DNA from: Sedimentisphaerales bacterium
GTDB taxonomy: Bacteria; Planctomycetota; Phycisphaerae; Sedimentisphaerales; SM23-30
DNA length: 64,000 nt
Reading direction: 5' to 3'
Assembly: GCA_963663805.2 (NCBI GenBank)
Contig: CAXXMR010000008.1
Coordinates: forward strand, 192,001 to 256,000
Notes under the pieces: generated by a model
Told to the model about the DNA's origin: nothing
What the model saw: only the letters and a program-made list of their open reading frames with translations
Database searches by the model: none
Position numbers and translations under genes: made by a program
Shown here: in pieces, positions 63,253 to 64,000 of the stretch
How positions within the stretch are numbered: the first letter of the stretch is position 1
Layout: every line of letters begins with the position of its first letter

Positions 63253-64000
63253 GGTCAAGCTACTAAGAGTATATGGTGAATGTCTTGGCGTCAAGAAGCG
63301 ATGAAGGACGTGGTAGGCTGCGAAATTCCCGGGGCAGGTGTCAAACAACCGTTAATCCCGGGGTGTCCGAATGGGGCAACCCGTTATGACTAGGCAACTA
63401 GATCATATCACGCATGGCTGAATTCATAGGCCATGACGAGCGAACGCAGGGAACTGAAACATCTCAGTACCTGTAGGAAAGGAAATCAACCGAGACTCCG
63501 TAAGTAGCGGCGAGCGAAAGCGGATATAGCCCAAACCAGAGAGCTTGCTTTCTGGGGTTGTGGAAACAGCGAGGAGTTACAAAGGCTAGGCTAGCAAAAG
63601 TGTCTGGAAAGTCACACCATAGACGGTGATAGTCCCGTATGCGAAAGCCAAAGCTCTCCGTTTGAACTGTTCTCCAGAGTAGCACGGAGCTCGTGGAACT
63701 CTGTGTGAAGCTAGGGGGCCCACCCTCTAAGGCTAAGTATTCCTTGACGACCGATAGTGGACCAGTAGGGCGACTGAATGATGAAAAGTACCCCTTCAAG
63801 GGGAGTCAAAAGTACCTGAAACCATATACTTACAAGCAGTAGGAGCCCTATGTCCTTTTAGGAAATGGGTGACTGCGTGCCTTTTGCATAATGAACCGGC
63901 GAGTTACCATTTGTGGCAAGGTTAATCTGTTCCGCAGAGCAGCCGTAGCGAAAGCGAGTCTTAATAGGGCGTCTAAGTCGCAGGTGGTAGACCCGAAACC
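63253..64000 (+). rRNA. rrl: 23S rRNA, 5' part (runs off the window)
   Basis: GGTCAAGCTACTAAG start; GCGATGAAGGACGTG, GAACTGAAACATCTCAGTA, AGTAGCGGCGAGCGAA, GACCGATAGTG, AGACCCGAAACC. Confidence 0.98.

Overview
64-kb chromosomal window from a probable planctomycete, most likely Phycisphaerae. This assignment is inferred from the prepilin/H-X9-DG and dockerin-like surface proteins, the DUF1570-like protein and the unlinked 23S operon. Many genes are broken at homopolymer runs, which suggests uncorrected long-read errors rather than true pseudogenes. The left arm carries a housekeeping cluster (coaBC-N, rpoZ, gmk, yicC, secG, tpiA, aroF, pheA), tatD, a DacZ-like diadenylate cyclase, an NSS transporter, an HtrA protease, a small signalling island and a prepilin-like gene paired with a PstS/dockerin-like gene. 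The centre carries rpsU, a Na+-pyrophosphatase, pilT, dapL and a ykfC/ykfB-like pair. The right arm carries a hybrid kinase, an SSS symporter, a minimal type VII secretion-like locus, tRNA-Ser, a six-gene Na+-NQR operon whose A subunit keeps RnfC-type Fe-S motifs, and crcB. The type VII-like locus has three helical/WXG100-like genes plus an EccC/EssC-like FtsK ATPase. Further right are a mobile hotspot (IS66, truncated RHS toxin, IS4, Fic, attP-like half tRNA-His), nadA and a tRNA-Ile/tRNA-Ala/23S operon with no 16S. The + strand flips from C-rich to G-rich at about 25-28.5 kb, suggesting the replication origin lies here without an adjacent dnaA. The best candidate for a little-described system is the WXG100-FtsK locus in a diderm bacterium.
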